Assembly: GCF_001194135.2 (NCBI RefSeq)
Contig: NC_068997.1
Location: 19,761,377-19,825,376, forward strand
Source: Octopus bimaculoides
Lineage: Eukaryota
DNA length: 64,000 nt
Reading direction: 5' to 3'
Part shown: positions 62,430 through 64,000 of the stretch, piece by piece
Layout: each line of letters starts with the position of its first letter
Position numbering within the stretch: position 1 is the first letter of the stretch
The notes under the pieces: model-generated
The model's database searches: none
What the model was told of the DNA's origin: nothing
What the model saw: the letters and a program-made list of their open reading frames with translations, nothing else
Made by a program: the position numbers and the translations under genes

Positions 62430-62738
62430 TCTTTTACTTCTTCCAGTCATTGGATTGCAGCCATTTTGGAGCATTTGCCTTGAAGGGTTTTTGTTAGACA
62501 TTTTGACCCCAGTATTTATTTTTTTGTAAAGTCTGGTACTTATTCTATCATGTATATATACATATATCTATATACAATGGGCTTCTATCAATTTCCGTCT
62601 ACCAAATCCACTCACAAGGCTCTGGTCGGCCTGAGGCTATAGTAGGAGACACTTGCCCAAGGTGCCATGGAGTGGTACTGAACCCAGAAGTATGTGGTTG
62701 GGAAGCAAACTTCTTACAAAACATACACTCCTGCACCT
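62430..62738 (-). mobile_element. SINE family B, internally deleted
   Basis: Reverse-complement tail 62430-62550 and head 62575-62738. Confidence 0.78.
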
Positions 62739-63387
62739 ATATATATATATATATATATATATATNNNNNNNNNNNNNNNNNNNNNNNNNNNNNNNNNNNN
62801 NNNNNNNNNNNNNNNNNNNNNNNNNNNNNNNNNNNNNNNNNNNNNNNNNNNNNNNNNNNNNNNNNNNNNNNNNNNNNNNNNNNNNNNNNNNNNNNNNNNN
62901 NNNNNNNNNNNNNNNNNNNNNNNNNNNNNNNNNNNNNNNNNNNNNNNNNNNNNNNNNNNNNNNNNNNNNNNNNNNNNNNNNNNNNNNNNNNNNNNNNNNN
63001 NNNNNNNNNNNNNNNNNNNNNNNNNNNNNNNNNNNNNNNNNNNNNNNNNNNNNNNNNNNNNNNNNNNNNNNNNNNNNNNNNNNNNNNNNNNNNNNNNNNN
63101 NNNNNNNNNNNNNNNNNNNNNNNNNNNNNNNNNNNNNNNNNNNNNNNNNNNNNNNNNNNNNNNNNNNNNNNNNNNNNNNNNNNNNNNNNNNNNNNNNNNN
63201 NNNNNNNNNNNNNNNNNNNNNNNNNNNNNNNNNNNNNNNNNNNNNNNNNNNNNNNNNNNNNNNNNNNNNNNNNNNNNNNNNNNNNNNNNNNNNNNNNNNN
63301 NNNNNNNNNNNNNNNNNNNNNNNNNNNNNNNNNNNNNNNNNNNNNNNNNNNNNNNNNNNNNNNNNNNNNNNNNNNNNNNNNNNNNNN

Positions 63388-63417
<30 letters not shown>

Positions 63418-63419
<2 letters not shown>

Positions 63420-63578
63420 TGGGCTTCTTTCAGTTTCCATTTACCTGTTTCTCTCAAAACTTGTAAGGATTTTGGTCAGTATGGACGTATAGCAGAAGAC
63501 ACTAACCCAAAGTGACTCACAGTTGGACTGACCTTGCCACCCTGTGGTTCAGAAGCAAACTTCTTAGCCACACAGCCA
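63418..63578 (-). mobile_element. SINE family B head
   Basis: gggcttctttcagtttcc..gaagcaaacttcttagccacacagcca. Confidence 0.72.
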
Positions 63579-63596
63579 ATCATGTGCCCCGCACGT

Positions 63597-63641
<45 letters not shown>

Positions 63642-64000
63642 CATACGGTAATTGTACAGAATTAATATATTTAGTCTCATAATAGCCAATTCACGTTACC
63701 GAATGGTTTCATGTTAAAAGACCTTCCTAGTGCTAAACGCAAATTAACTTTCACAGACATGGCTGAAAGGAGTTTCAAGCTACTCTTTGTAAATCAGAAA
63801 CAAAACAAAACAGAGCTTAAGCTATAAATCTCCACTTCAGTCACGTCTAATGACTGCTAGTTCATCTTTCCACACATGGAAGATGTTTTAACATGAAACC
63901 TTTCAGTATTGGGAATCGGCTGTTATGAGGCTAAACTTAAAATACTTGATAAAATTCCCACTATATTACTTAATATATGAATGCCTGTTTTTGTAACATG

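Larger units (their letters stand above)
13441..63387. other. 14 assembly gaps (N runs) within this span
   Basis: 13441-13925, 15393-15636, 16340-17065, 18643-19058, 25837-26118, 26962-27113, 29577-30023, 31016-31968, 42878-43315, 44421-44549, 53344-53784, 55137-55529, 57470-57907, 62765-63387. Confidence 0.98.

Noticed and set aside
12236-63515. Long ORFs in the track (e.g. 12236-12904, 16260-17309, 30910-32091, 42680-43644, 62637-63515)
   Set aside because: They are translations of N-gaps and (TA)/(CA)/(TG) tracts ([16 protein letters not shown]), not genes.
1-64000. CRISPR arrays, rRNA, prokaryotic operons or defence systems
   Set aside because: The sequence is eukaryotic repeat-rich DNA; no regularly spaced repeat-spacer array or rRNA similarity was seen.

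Overview
AT-rich, microsatellite-saturated eukaryotic DNA from a short-read draft assembly, with 14 N-gaps, most flanked by (TA)n/(CA)n. The SINE, RTE-tail and MITE repertoire looks like an octopus genome (inference from recognised repeat families, not a database hit). No intact protein-coding gene is recognisable, and almost every ORF in the track is translated microsatellite or N-gap. The window reads as a very long intron or intergenic stretch. It is made of three tRNA-derived SINE families, an RTE-tail repeat, decayed LINE pieces (RTE, CR1-like, two R4/Dong 3' ends), an internally deleted DD37D/maT transposase, and mariner-, hAT-, piggyBac- and Helentron-type non-autonomous elements. The most interesting signals are: (i) a complete type I hammerhead-ribozyme fold with a two-base core lesion at 18404-18489; (ii) a stack of two R4/Dong ends plus a Helentron-like element inside one (TAA)n array at 20.6-21.7 kb; (iii) several long fold-back structures (8.4, 15.7, 19.5, 40.6, 62.1 kb). 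A few isolated exon-like segments are listed at low confidence. Most repeat boundaries are approximate (about 10-20 bp).
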